The position numbers were made by a program, and so were the translations under genes. This document shows positions 29,094 to 38,381 of a DNA stretch of 44,018 nucleotides, piece after piece; the stretch's first letter is position 1, and every line of letters starts with the position of its first letter. The DNA is from Armatimonadota bacterium (lineage in GTDB: Bacteria; Vulcanimicrobiota; JACPDS01; JBDRKI01), in assembly GCA_043814095.1 (NCBI GenBank), contig JBDRKI010000041.1, positions 1 to 44,018 on the forward strand. Reading direction: 5' to 3'. A model generated the notes under the pieces. It saw only the letters and a list, made by a program, of their open reading frames with translations. It was not told the origin of the DNA and searched no databases.

Positions 29094-29501
29094 ATGAGAT
29101 TAAATGTTGTTGATACCGAAATATGCGTGGGCTGCCAGCTCTGCATGTTTGCCTGTACGCGCAGGCAGAACAGGGCTGGAATTTCAAAATCCTGTATACA
29201 TGTAAGGTCTATAGGCGGCATGGAGAGAGGTTTTAAGATTATTGTCTGCAGGAAATGTTCCAATCCGCCGTGCGCAAGGAGCTGTCCGACGGAAGCGCTT
29301 ACTCTTAAGCCCGGCGGGGGAGTTAAATTTAATTCTGAAAAATGCGAAGGATGCGGCAACTGCCGTAATGCATGCGTGATCGGGGCTGTTTCATGGGATG
29401 AAGATATGAATAAACCCCTTATATGCCTGCACTGCGGGTACTGTACAAGGTACTGTCCCCACCGCGCCATAAGGATAGACAAGGAGGATAAAAATGTATA
29501 A
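29094..29501 (+). CDS. 4Fe-4S polyferredoxin partner of the aldehyde oxidoreductase
   Basis: CVGCQLCMFAC, CRKC..PPCARSCP, CEGCGNCRNAC, CLHCGYC..YCP; ATG 29094 after GAGGGG. Confidence 0.9.
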   Translation: MRLNVVDTEICVGCQLCMFACTRRQNRAGISKSCIHVRSIGGMERGFKIIVCRKCSNPPCARSCPTEALTLKPGGGVKFNSEKCEGCGNCRNACVIGAVSWDEDMNKPLICLHCGYCTRYCPHRAIRIDKEDKNV

Positions 29502-31254
29502 TAATGATCCTCTTAAAAATGTTCTTTACATAGATCTTTCAAAGAAAACATTCGAAGTCAAAGACAGACATGACCTTTTTGATAAATATATAGGCGGGGC
29601 GGGTGTCGCGTCAAAACTTCTTCTTGAAGAATGTCCCGAAGGGGCTGATCCTCTTTCGCATGAGAACCCTATTATATTCGCGGTAGGGCCTTTAACCGGG
29701 GTTTTCCCGCTCGCGTCAAAGACAATTGCCATGTTTAAATCTCCTCATACCGGCAATCTGGGAGAAAGCCATGCCGGAGGAAGAAGCGCTATTGCAATAC
29801 GTTTTGCCGGCTACGGTGCTATAGTGATAAAAGGTAAGAGTGATATTCCATGCTATATTTCTGTTAACGGCAGTAAAGTATATTTCAGGGATGCTTCAAC
29901 TCTCTGGGGCATGGAAAGCAGTTTTACATCGGGACGGATTATAAGGGAAAGGGAAGAAAATCCGGGCATGCGCACCATTATGAGAATAGGGCGCGGTGGC
30001 GAGAACCTTATTTCTTATGCATCAGTTACAACCGAGACTTACCGTCATTTCGGGCGGCTGGGCTTAGGGGCCGTTTTCGGGAGTAAAAAACTTAAAGCTG
30101 TTGTTATCGGTGGAAATTTATCTCATGATTTTAAGGATATGGGTTCATATAAAGTATTATACGATAAAATTTATTCTGATGCGGTAGAATCCAATCTTAT
30201 GAAAAAATATCACGATCTGGGCACATCTGAAAATGTTAATGTTTTAAATACTATATCGGCTCTTCCTACGCGCAATCTTAACCAAGCCGTGTTTGATAAA
30301 GTGGAAGGGATAACAGGCGAGGGTCTTGCCGAGCATTATCTCGGCAGGAGAATAGCCTGTTCGGGTTGTCCTGTAGGGTGTATTCATATAGCGGCCCTGC
30401 GCGAACCCTCAGAGACAGAACTCTATTTCTATAAAACATCGATGATATCATACGATTACGAACTTATTTACGCGCTTGGTTCCATGCTGGGCATAAGCGA
30501 CCCGGAGGGTCTTTTAAAGCTGATAGACAGGGTTGAGAAATACGGGCTTGATATTATGAGCACCGGGGTTGTTCTTTCATGGGCAACCGAAGCATTAAAG
30601 AAAAATCTTATTACGGAAAATGAAACTTCCGGCGTTAAGCTGGAATGGGGTGATTACAAGGCCTATATGGAAGCTGTTAATTTAATTATTGAGGGAGAAA
30701 CTGATTTCTATAAAACGCTGGGAAAAGGCGTTGATTATGCATCTTCAAAGTACGGAGGAGAAGATTTTGCTATGGCCTTCGGCAAAAATGAGATGCCCGG
30801 ATACCATACCGGCCCTGCCGCATATCTGGGATTTCTTATAGGGGCTCGTCACAGCCATCTTGATAACGCGGGCTACAGTATTGACGAAAAGACCATACCT
30901 AAGGTTACGCTTACCCCCGAAGAAACCGTAGATAAGCTTATGAAAGAAGAAAAGTGGAGATGTATTCTTTCAAGCATCGCGATATGCTTTTTTGCGCGCG
31001 GCATTTATACCCCGGATAAGGCCATGGAAGCGCTTAAAATAACGGGTTTTGATATCACAGAAGATGTTATGAATAAAATCGGAGAAGAAATATATAAATT
31101 AAAGTTTGAATTTAAATTCAGGGAAGGATTTTCTCTTGATAATATACGCATACCCAAAAGAATATTTGAAACTCCGTCACCTCTTTCCGGATGGGACGAG
31201 CAGTATATGCGTAAAGCTCTCTCTTACGCTAAAAAGAAAATAACGGCGGTATAG
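29494..31254 (+). CDS. aor: Aldehyde:ferredoxin oxidoreductase family protein (tungstopterin)
   Basis: VLYIDLS, KSPHTG..GESHAGG, GRLGLGAVFGSKKLKA, ACSGCPVGC, YGLDIMSTG. Confidence 0.9.
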   Translation: MYNNDPLKNVLYIDLSKKTFEVKDRHDLFDKYIGGAGVASKLLLEECPEGADPLSHENPIIFAVGPLTGVFPLASKTIAMFKSPHTGNLGESHAGGRSAIAIRFAGYGAIVIKGKSDIPCYISVNGSKVYFRDASTLWGMESSFTSGRIIREREENPGMRTIMRIGRGGENLISYASVTTETYRHFGRLGLGAVFGSKKLKAVVIGGNLSHDFKDMGSYKVLYDKIYSDAVESNLMKKYHDLGTSENVNVLNTISALPTRNLNQAVFDKVEGITGEGLAEHYLGRRIACSGCPVGCIHIAALREPSETELYFYKTSMISYDYELIYALGSMLGISDPEGLLKLIDRVEKYGLDIMSTGVVLSWATEALKKNLITENETSGVKLEWGDYKAYMEAVNLIIEGETDFYKTLGKGVDYASSKYGGEDFAMAFGKNEMPGYHTGPAAYLGFLIGARHSHLDNAGYSIDEKTIPKVTLTPEETVDKLMKEEKWRCILSSIAICFFARGIYTPDKAMEALKITGFDITEDVMNKIGEEIYKLKFEFKFREGFSLDNIRIPKRIFETPSPLSGWDEQYMRKALSYAKKKITAV

Positions 31255-31270
31255 CCGCTATTTTTTAATG

Positions 31271-31789
31271 TTATTTAAAAACAACACTGTTCAGAATATC
31301 ATTAAGAATGACAAGGTTAGTGTCAAAATCCTTTTTATATGTAAAAAATCCGAACAAAAACAAGTCTTTGTCTCGTTGAAATATAAGGAGCTGCATTTTT
31401 ACGATGTTTTCGTCGACAATTCCCTGGAATATCATTTTTCTTCCCGGGTATCCCTGGAAGAAATCTTTATCACCTGAGAGGAAGGTATAGCCGTCTTTTT
31501 CAAGATTTTTTGCTACCGCATCTTGAATTTTCAGCATTGCTTCATCGCCAAGAGGGTCTGTGCCTTCAATCATTTTCTCCATTTTTATAACACAGCTTTC
31601 ATCGCTATTGCTTAAAGTGATTGTACCGTACTGGGGATCAATTTCTTTCTCAAAATATGAAGGGTATTTTATAGAGAACCAGTCATTTGAAAAAGAGGCC
31701 TGTGCTTCCTCGGCAGCACAAGTGCACGTAAACAGGAATAAAAATAATATTATGACGGTAAGAAATTTTGTAAAATTAATTTTTTTCAA
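31271..31789 (-). CDS. Secreted hypothetical protein (possibly PsbP/Mog1-like fold)
   Basis: Signal peptide; FSIKYPS.F and C-terminal ILNSV.FK pattern; GGAGG before TTG. Confidence 0.7.
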   Translation of the reverse strand: MKKINFTKFLTVIILFLFLFTCTCAAEEAQASFSNDWFSIKYPSYFEKEIDPQYGTITLSNSDESCVIKMEKMIEGTDPLGDEAMLKIQDAVAKNLEKDGYTFLSGDKDFFQGYPGRKMIFQGIVDENIVKMQLLIFQRDKDLFLFGFFTYKKDFDTNLVILNDILNSVVFK

Positions 31790-31984
31790 TATATCCTCCC
31801 GAAAAGCTTATTTAGCTGCTGTTGTATTTCCATAAGAGAGAGGAATAGTCCTGTAATTTAAACATCCATATTTCTTATATCATTATTGAAAAGGATTATT
31901 CACAAATAACAAGTAATAATATTATTATAAATACACTGCTTTAAATATACACATATCCCAAACTTTATTAATGGAGGATAAGCC

Positions 31985-32746
31985 ATGAAAAAATTAATTT
32001 CCAGCAGAAAAACAACCCTTCTTATATTTTGTTTGCTGTTGACAGGTATATTATCTCTATTCTGTTATGTACCGTCTTTAGCTGACGAGCCGTCAACTGA
32101 TTTATCATTCGGGTGGTCATATACCGGCAGGATGAATTTAGGCGAGAGCCAGAGCTTTTCTCCCCAGCTTCAGAACAGGGGTCAGAATACCGCATCAAAT
32201 ATTAATGTTGTATTGTATGTAAACGATCAGGAAATGCATAGATGGAATGTACCGACCCTAGCCGCAGGCGCGAATACGGTTCTGCGTCCTTCATACAGCT
32301 TTGCTCCCCGGCAGGCAGGCAATTACAGAGTGAGAGTAACAATAGATCCTGATAACCGGATATCTGATACGGACAGAGCGAATAATACGCGTACCGCGGA
32401 GATAGCGGTAACAGAGCCGTCTAAACCGGATTTATCATTGGGATGGTCTTACAAGAAAACAATGAAAGCGGGTAAGAGCCAGAGTTTTACTCCCCAGCTC
32501 CAGAATAGGGGAGAGGGTGATGCTTCAAATATAGTTGTTGTATTATATGTGAATAACCGGGAATCGCACAGATGGAATGTGCCTTTATTAAAGGCCGGCA
32601 AGAGTAGCATACTTCAGCCGTCATACAGGTGGGTTCCTAGAAAAAAAGGAAGTTATATAATAAAGATTGAGGTTGATCCCAATAATTCAATTAGTGAAAC
32701 AAACGAGAAAAATAATGGAGTTAAGGGATTAATTAAAGTATTATAG
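31985..32746 (+). CDS. Secreted protein with two tandem CARDB (Ig-like) domains
   Basis: Signal peptide; two copies of DLS.GWSY...QLQNRG...L.AG...DP.N.IS.T...NN. Confidence 0.88.
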   Translation: MKKLISSRKTTLLIFCLLLTGILSLFCYVPSLADEPSTDLSFGWSYTGRMNLGESQSFSPQLQNRGQNTASNINVVLYVNDQEMHRWNVPTLAAGANTVLRPSYSFAPRQAGNYRVRVTIDPDNRISDTDRANNTRTAEIAVTEPSKPDLSLGWSYKKTMKAGKSQSFTPQLQNRGEGDASNIVVVLYVNNRESHRWNVPLLKAGKSSILQPSYRWVPRKKGSYIIKIEVDPNNSISETNEKNNGVKGLIKVL

Positions 32747-32778
32747 GGGTAATAATAAATTGCAGGATTAGATTATTT

Positions 32779-32815
32779 AAAAAAGAGCCGTCCATTTTTA
32801 TGGCGGCTCTTTTTT
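32779..32815 (+). terminator. Intrinsic terminator
   Basis: AAAAAAGAGCCGTCCAT-tttt-ATGGCGGCTCTTTTTT. Confidence 0.8.
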
Positions 32816-32885
32816 AGTGTGCATCTGGCAAGGTATTACGAATATTTGATAGAAATATCAATATATATTAAATATGAGGTGTAGT

Positions 32886-33338
32886 ATGTTTGAAATATGC
32901 GCTAGTGATCTAATCAGTTTATTGCAGGCAACAATTGCGCCTGTTGCGATGATATCGGGAGTCGGACTTATTCTTCTTTCCATGACTAACCGCTACGGCA
33001 GAGCCATAGACAGAATAAGACTGGAAGTAAAAGAGTTTGAAAACTGCAATGATGAACAGAAAAAAGAAGCAATTACCGAACAGCTGAAGATTCTTTATAA
33101 AAGGGCAGAGCTTTTAAGATGGGTTATTGTTTTCGCGTCATCAAGTGTCTTTTTAATAGCTTTAAGCATAGCTTCTATTTTTTCAATACAGTTTGCAAAA
33201 GTTCCCCTGGAAGAAGCGACAATCATAACTTTCGGGTTAAGTCTTTTATGCCTTATTGTTTCACTGGTTTTATTTATTGAAGATATAGCTGTTTCCCTTA
33301 AAGCGGTGAAAGTGGAATTAAGACGGTTTATTAAATAA
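32886..33338 (+). CDS. DUF2721 family membrane protein
   Basis: IAPV.MISGVGL.LL.MTNRY.R.IDR.R; ATG 32886 after GAGGTG. Confidence 0.85.
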   Translation: MFEICASDLISLLQATIAPVAMISGVGLILLSMTNRYGRAIDRIRLEVKEFENCNDEQKKEAITEQLKILYKRAELLRWVIVFASSSVFLIALSIASIFSIQFAKVPLEEATIITFGLSLLCLIVSLVLFIEDIAVSLKAVKVELRRFIK

Positions 33339-33364
33339 AGAAAAGAACTCCATAAGAACAAAAA

Positions 33365-33430
33365 GTTAACATTTTGTTAACAATCTGCTAACATTTTATT
33401 AACAATTATTCCTTATTTTTGTGTTATAAT
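33365..33430 (+). promoter_or_regulatory. Pho-box-like array (four T(T/C)AACA-type repeats, 11-bp period) plus extended -10
   Basis: GTTAACATTTT/GTTAACAATCT/GCTAACATTTT/ATTAACAATTA, then TGtTATAAT at 33422..33430. Confidence 0.75.
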
Positions 33431-33466
33431 TTAAATAAGTTCAAAATAGATAAGGGGGAAAGCGTT

Positions 33467-33988
33467 ATGTTTATCCCAAATATTAAGCCGAATATCGGCA
33501 GAAATGTGACCAAATTCCAGAAAGCTTCAAATGAGATTGTGGCAATATCGCCGTCAAGGGCGCGCGATAAAGCAAAAGACCTCTATGGACTTGCTTCGGA
33601 AATTATAGGGGATTTGAAAACATTAAAAAGGGCTGTAACGGCGTACGGGGAAGAGTCGGGTAAAAATGTATCAAGTATGCTCTCCAAAATTGACGATATG
33701 ATATCATCAATGCGCTCGGTAAGATCTAAAATAGAGAAGATTTACGACAAAACCGGCGGAGGATACGTTTCAGGTGATGATTCTGCCGGATGGGTGAACT
33801 CTGCTGATCGTGTGGATGTTAATTACAGAATAGACAATATCCGCAGTAAATTAGTGGATCTTGTTTATGGTTTAAAAGATTTTAGAGATTATGAAGGCTG
33901 TTCGGGACTGGCAGAGAAGGCAATAGATATAATCGGCGCAAGGTCATCCTACGGCATACGCGGCGATTTAAGAGATCTTAAATTGTAA
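33467..33988 (+). CDS. Hypothetical helical protein
   Basis: ATG 33467 after AAGGGGG; amphipathic helical pattern; no recognised motif. Confidence 0.75.
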   Translation: MFIPNIKPNIGRNVTKFQKASNEIVAISPSRARDKAKDLYGLASEIIGDLKTLKRAVTAYGEESGKNVSSMLSKIDDMISSMRSVRSKIEKIYDKTGGGYVSGDDSAGWVNSADRVDVNYRIDNIRSKLVDLVYGLKDFRDYEGCSGLAEKAIDIIGARSSYGIRGDLRDLKL

Positions 33989-34018
33989 TAAACCTGGAGA
34001 ATAAGAAAAGGTCGGATT

Positions 34019-34267
34019 TTATAATGCGGTCCTGTTTATCAGGGCCGTTTTTCTTTTTCTTGTTAAACCCTTAATATGCATCTCGCGGCTTGAAGCGGCA
34101 GATCTTGTCTTAAATTTTTCTTTGTAAACCAGTTTTACGGGTGTTCTGCTTCTGGTATATTTTCCGCCCAGTTTGTCATTATGCTCTTTTACGCGCCTTT
34201 TTATATCATTAGTTATCCCTGTATATAAAGTATTATCACAGCATCTTATTATATATACATACCACAT
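34019..34267 (-). CDS. GIY-YIG nuclease family protein (UPF0213)
   Basis: WYVYI.RC.D.TLYTGITND..RR...HN...G.KYTR.R.PV.LVY.E. Confidence 0.92.
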   Translation of the reverse strand: MWYVYIIRCCDNTLYTGITNDIKRRVKEHNDKLGGKYTRSRTPVKLVYKEKFKTRSAASSREMHIKGLTRKRKTALINRTAL

Positions 34268-34270
34268 TGA

Positions 34271-35407
34271 TTATTCCTTCGGTTTTTCACCGTAATATTG
34301 GTAGTAATTTACTTTTATTTTCCCGTTATATAATTTTCTTACCCTGTCTGGCTTTGAGCGCTTGAAATAGTTCGGGAACATTTCATCCGCAGTTAATATA
34401 TATACCGACCAGCCTTTTTTCTTTTTAAAGGTTTTGTGAAGAGAGATATTTATTTTATTGATTTCGGAATAATCCGATATCCTCTCCCCGTAAGGCGGGT
34501 TTGAGATGATTACCCCGTACTGTTTATCAATCCAGAGGTCTTTAATATCTTTTTGTGCAAAAACAATATCTTTTTCAACACCTGCCGAGAAAGCATTTGT
34601 TCTGCACCCTTTTATGTTCTCTTGATTGATATCATAACCGAATATCTGCAGTTTACCCGTAGGATCTATTGAATTTTTAGCGGATTCTCTTTCATTTTTC
34701 CATGTTTTTTTGTCAATTATATTCCAGCTTTCGGAAGCGAAGTTTCTTTTAAGACCGGGGGCAATATTTCTTGCGATCATGGCGGCTTCGATCGGGATTG
34801 TTCCCGAACCGCACATAGGGTCAATAAGCAGTCTGTCTTTATTCCAGAAACTTAAAAGAACAAGAGCTGCGGCAAGTGTTTCTTTTATCGGGGCTTCCAC
34901 TGTTTTTTTCCTGTAGCCCCTTTTATGGAGTGCATCCCCTGATGTGTCGATAGTCAGTATGGCTGTATCTTTAAGGAGGGATGCCTGAATTGTAAATTCC
35001 GCCCCTGTTTCTTTAAACCATTCAGTATTATATTTTTCTTTTAACCTTTCGACCACAGCTTTTTTTACTATGGACTGGCAGGCAGGTGTGCTTGAAAGAG
35101 CGGATTTTACCGATTTTGCCAGTACAGTGAATTTTCCGTCTTCCGGGATTAATTTTTCCCATGGAATCGCTTTTGTTCCTTCAAAAAGCTCATCAAACGT
35201 AGTTGATTTAAATTCTCCCATTTTAAGAAGCACTCTGTCAGCACACCGTAACCACAGGTTTGCTTTAGGGATATCACTAAAATCTGCTTCGAACTCAATC
35301 CTGCCGTCAAAAGTTTTAATATTTTCAAAACCTAAATTTGTAAGTTCCTGTTTTACCAGTGTTTCAAGACCGAAAGCCGCTGTTGCTATAAGTGTTAATT
35401 TATTCAT
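34271..35407 (-). CDS. THUMP-domain class I SAM-dependent RNA methyltransferase (RlmL-like)
   Basis: AFGLE, NLWLR.ADRV, LHKRGYR, DPMCGSGTI.IEAA, ISNPPYGER; likely start ATG 35407. Confidence 0.92.
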   Translation of the reverse strand: MNKLTLIATAAFGLETLVKQELTNLGFENIKTFDGRIEFEADFSDIPKANLWLRCADRVLLKMGEFKSTTFDELFEGTKAIPWEKLIPEDGKFTVLAKSVKSALSSTPACQSIVKKAVVERLKEKYNTEWFKETGAEFTIQASLLKDTAILTIDTSGDALHKRGYRKKTVEAPIKETLAAALVLLSFWNKDRLLIDPMCGSGTIPIEAAMIARNIAPGLKRNFASESWNIIDKKTWKNERESAKNSIDPTGKLQIFGYDINQENIKGCRTNAFSAGVEKDIVFAQKDIKDLWIDKQYGVIISNPPYGERISDYSEINKINISLHKTFKKKKGWSVYILTADEMFPNYFKRSKPDRVRKLYNGKIKVNYYQYYGEKPKE

Positions 35408-35427
35408 GTTTTTGTCCTTAGAAAAGC

Positions 35428-35458
35428 TGTAGGGACAGGGCACTGCCCTGTCCCTACA
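35428..35458. repeat. GTAG-type REP-like perfect palindrome
   Basis: TGTAGGGACAGGGCA-c-TGCCCTGTCCCTACA. Confidence 0.75.
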
Positions 35459-35477
35459 AAATTACATAACCTTATTA

Positions 35478-36908
35478 TTATTTATTAGTGATTCCCAGGT
35501 CTCTCAGTTTTTTGCCGGATTTAAGGTTGAATTCAAGTTCTTCAAGTGTAATACCTTTGGTCTCAGGCACGAACATTGCCACAAAAATGATTGCAAAGAT
35601 ACAGAATCCTCCGAACACAAAGAAAATAGAGGAGTTTCCGAATTTCTGCATGAAAGTAAGGGCGTTTGCCATAACAAGACCTGCGAATGTCCAGTTGACC
35701 ATTGTGGTTATTGTCATACCTACTTCGCGTCCCTCAAGCGGGAAGATTTCCGAACATACGAGCCATACCACAGGACCCCATGAAACAGCAAAACCGAAGA
35801 TATATACAATTACTGCTATTAGAAGAACCATTTTCGGCAAACTGGTTATTATTGAAGGGTCTGTTGTGCCGCCAATCATGTAAAACGCGATTCCCGAAGC
35901 CACCATTGTTATAAACATTGACGCGGCACCGACATATAGAAGTTTTTTACGCCCCCATTTTTCCACCAAGAATATCGCAGGGAAAGTAAATAACATATTA
36001 ACTGTGGGCACGGTCATCATGCCGATGATTCCCTTTATGCCTGCGTATCCGAAAATTGTAGGAGCGTAATAAATCATCATATTTATACCTACAAGCTGCT
36101 GGAACATCTGCAGAAGTACGCCCACTATAAGCACTTTAAAGAAATATCCTTTGAATATTATGCCTATGCCTGCTCCTTTAGGGCCGTGCAGGGCTTCTTC
36201 TATTTCTTTTATTTCAAGGTCTATTTCTTGCTGGGTGTTGAGAGTTTTCTTTAGCACTTTAAGGGTCTCGTCTTTTTTTCCTTTAAGCATTAACCATCTC
36301 GGGCTTTCGGGAATAAGGAACGTGCCGACAAACATAAATATAGCGAAAAGCGTAATGGTTAGAAACATTAAAGGGAGTGATGTTGCCGGGTTAAGAAAAA
36401 TCCGGACAATAAAGACGTTTGTTACAGATATTAAGAAAATGCCTATTGTAATCATAAGCTGGAAAAGTGTTCCCATTGAGCCGCGTATTTTTGCGGGCGC
36501 CGTTTCAGAAAGGTATAGCGGTACTATAAATGATGCTATGCCTACCGCGAAACCGAGAAAGAAGCGGCATGCGGATAATACGGCTATAGGAGGCAGAAGA
36601 GCTGAATAGGCGGAAGCTGTTACAAAAATGAACCCTGCCAGTATCAAGCTTTTTTTGCGTCCCAAGAATCTTGCAAAAATTCCCGAAAGAAGCGCTCCTA
36701 TAATACCCCCGACAGCCAGTATCGCGGAATAATTTTCGCCGGCTTTGATCCCGAACTGGTAATATTTTTCTATTGTTTCAAGAGAGTTTGCTATAAATCC
36801 CTGGTCCAAACCGAAGAGAAGTCCGCCGAGTGCTGCAACCATGCATATGAAATACACAATTGTTTTAAAGCTGCCCGGTGATGTTCCTGTGTTAATTTTT
36901 TCTTCCAT
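35478..36908 (-). CDS. Sugar porter family MFS transporter
   Basis: ALGGLLFGLD, GRKK, PLYLSE.AP..IRG, PESPRWL, FQQLVGIN...YY, WGPVVW...SEIFP, VPETKG; start ATG 36908 after GGAGG. Confidence 0.95.
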   Translation of the reverse strand: MEEKINTGTSPGSFKTIVYFICMVAALGGLLFGLDQGFIANSLETIEKYYQFGIKAGENYSAILAVGGIIGALLSGIFARFLGRKKSLILAGFIFVTASAYSALLPPIAVLSACRFFLGFAVGIASFIVPLYLSETAPAKIRGSMGTLFQLMITIGIFLISVTNVFIVRIFLNPATSLPLMFLTITLFAIFMFVGTFLIPESPRWLMLKGKKDETLKVLKKTLNTQQEIDLEIKEIEEALHGPKGAGIGIIFKGYFFKVLIVGVLLQMFQQLVGINMMIYYAPTIFGYAGIKGIIGMMTVPTVNMLFTFPAIFLVEKWGRKKLLYVGAASMFITMVASGIAFYMIGGTTDPSIITSLPKMVLLIAVIVYIFGFAVSWGPVVWLVCSEIFPLEGREVGMTITTMVNWTFAGLVMANALTFMQKFGNSSIFFVFGGFCIFAIIFVAMFVPETKGITLEELEFNLKSGKKLRDLGITNK

Positions 36909-36930
36909 GTTGCCTCCGTTAAATATATTT

Positions 36931-38289
36931 TTACGTCTTTGCTTTCTTTGAAGCGGCGATGGCCGCGATAATAGCCGCGCCTTTTCCGGAGCCGTCTTTT
37001 GCAAGGGCCAGTTTGATGCGGGAAGCCTTTTCTTTGAATAAGCTTTGGAATACCTCAATCATTATGTTGCTGAATCTCGGGTATTTTTCATAAAGGGTCC
37101 CGTCAACTCCTACCGTATGGCTATTCTTTAGTTTGGGATCAATCCAAGTTATTACCGCGGAGATAGCTCCTGCGGCAACTTTTGCGGCCCTTGTTGAAAC
37201 AAACTGGCATAGTTTTTTCATGGCCAGTTTATCATGAAGAGTAACTTCCGTTATTCCTTTAAGAGTTAGGAATTCTTCTATCGAAGAGTAATTGGCGGAT
37301 TCATCTGAAGCTATTAAAGACATATCTTCTGTCTGGAAGGAATCTTTTTTTATGAAAACTTTGCAGTCCGGATCATTGAATATTAAGCCCCTTTTTATAA
37401 GGTCGCATATTATTATGCGTGTTATCTCGCCCAGGTACATCCCGGAAACCATCTTTTCCAGATACTGACACCCCGTATTCAATGATTCATCATCAACTTC
37501 TTTATCGTAAGGGGTAAATCTTAATTTATTAAAGTTGCCCCACTCCATATTTATTACCATTGTTCCCTTAGGATCAACGCCGCGCCATTTTTTAATATTA
37601 GCAATTTTCTCGGGATAACACGCATTTGTGCCTGTCCCGAGTATAACGCCCATATCGCAGTTCGGATCATTATAGCTTTTAGCAGCTAAGGTTCCCACAG
37701 TGTCGTTTGCCAGAGCGGCAACCTGTATGCATTTAATGCCTTTGCGTTTAAGGGCTTCGTTTAAGAGTATAATAACATCTTTTCCTTCAACGCCTTTGGC
37801 GGTAAAACCCTTTGTCCATACTATAAGTTTGCCTGCGGCAATATTAGTCTGCTCCACGGGGAAAGAAAAGGTGAATGCCAGGTCGTATTTTTTAGTCTTA
37901 CTAATACCGTTTTCATCAAGAAATGCTTCAATGCATTCTGCTATAAAATCAAAAAGTTCTTCACCTTTTCCTGTCATGGCTTTTTTGGGAAGGATAAATT
38001 TGCTTACGGCTGATATATTTGAAGATCCTTTGCCGTCAAGCTCCACAGCCAGCACCCTTAAATTAGTGCCGCCCAGGTCAAGGGCAAGGAACTTTCCTTT
38101 TTCCGTGCCTTTGGGCTTATCTACAAAAGCCGGGATCATTTTTAAAGAACTTGCAAAACCTGAGAGTCCTTTCTGCATCTCAGAATGAAAACCCTGAATT
38201 ATTATTTTTATATCCCCTGTGGTAATTTTAAAGAGTTTTTCAAGATAAGCGGTAAATTCATCGTAGCCGATAGGAGCTATTGTCATCAT
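36931..38289 (-). CDS. Hexokinase, eukaryote-type family (Hexokinase_1/Hexokinase_2 domains)
   Basis: LALDLGGTNLRV, FTFSFPVEQ, WTKGF, NDTVGT, VILGTGTNACY, INMEWGNF, EKMVSGMYLGE, DGSGKGAA. Confidence 0.93.
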   Translation of the reverse strand: MMTIAPIGYDEFTAYLEKLFKITTGDIKIIIQGFHSEMQKGLSGFASSLKMIPAFVDKPKGTEKGKFLALDLGGTNLRVLAVELDGKGSSNISAVSKFILPKKAMTGKGEELFDFIAECIEAFLDENGISKTKKYDLAFTFSFPVEQTNIAAGKLIVWTKGFTAKGVEGKDVIILLNEALKRKGIKCIQVAALANDTVGTLAAKSYNDPNCDMGVILGTGTNACYPEKIANIKKWRGVDPKGTMVINMEWGNFNKLRFTPYDKEVDDESLNTGCQYLEKMVSGMYLGEITRIIICDLIKRGLIFNDPDCKVFIKKDSFQTEDMSLIASDESANYSSIEEFLTLKGITEVTLHDKLAMKKLCQFVSTRAAKVAAGAISAVITWIDPKLKNSHTVGVDGTLYEKYPRFSNIMIEVFQSLFKEKASRIKLALAKDGSGKGAAIIAAIAASKKAKT

Positions 38290-38381
38290 AAGCGCTTTCT
38301 CCCTACTATAGTTTTAATTAAATGCTTCTTTAAAAAATATTAAACATCCTGCTAAAAATGTATTAATTTGATAATATTTAA

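Noticed and set aside
36909-37058. N-terminal extension of the sugar porter overlapping the hexokinase gene
   Set aside because: ATG 36908 has a GGAGG RBS and matches the family start; the extension is an artefact of longest-ORF calling.
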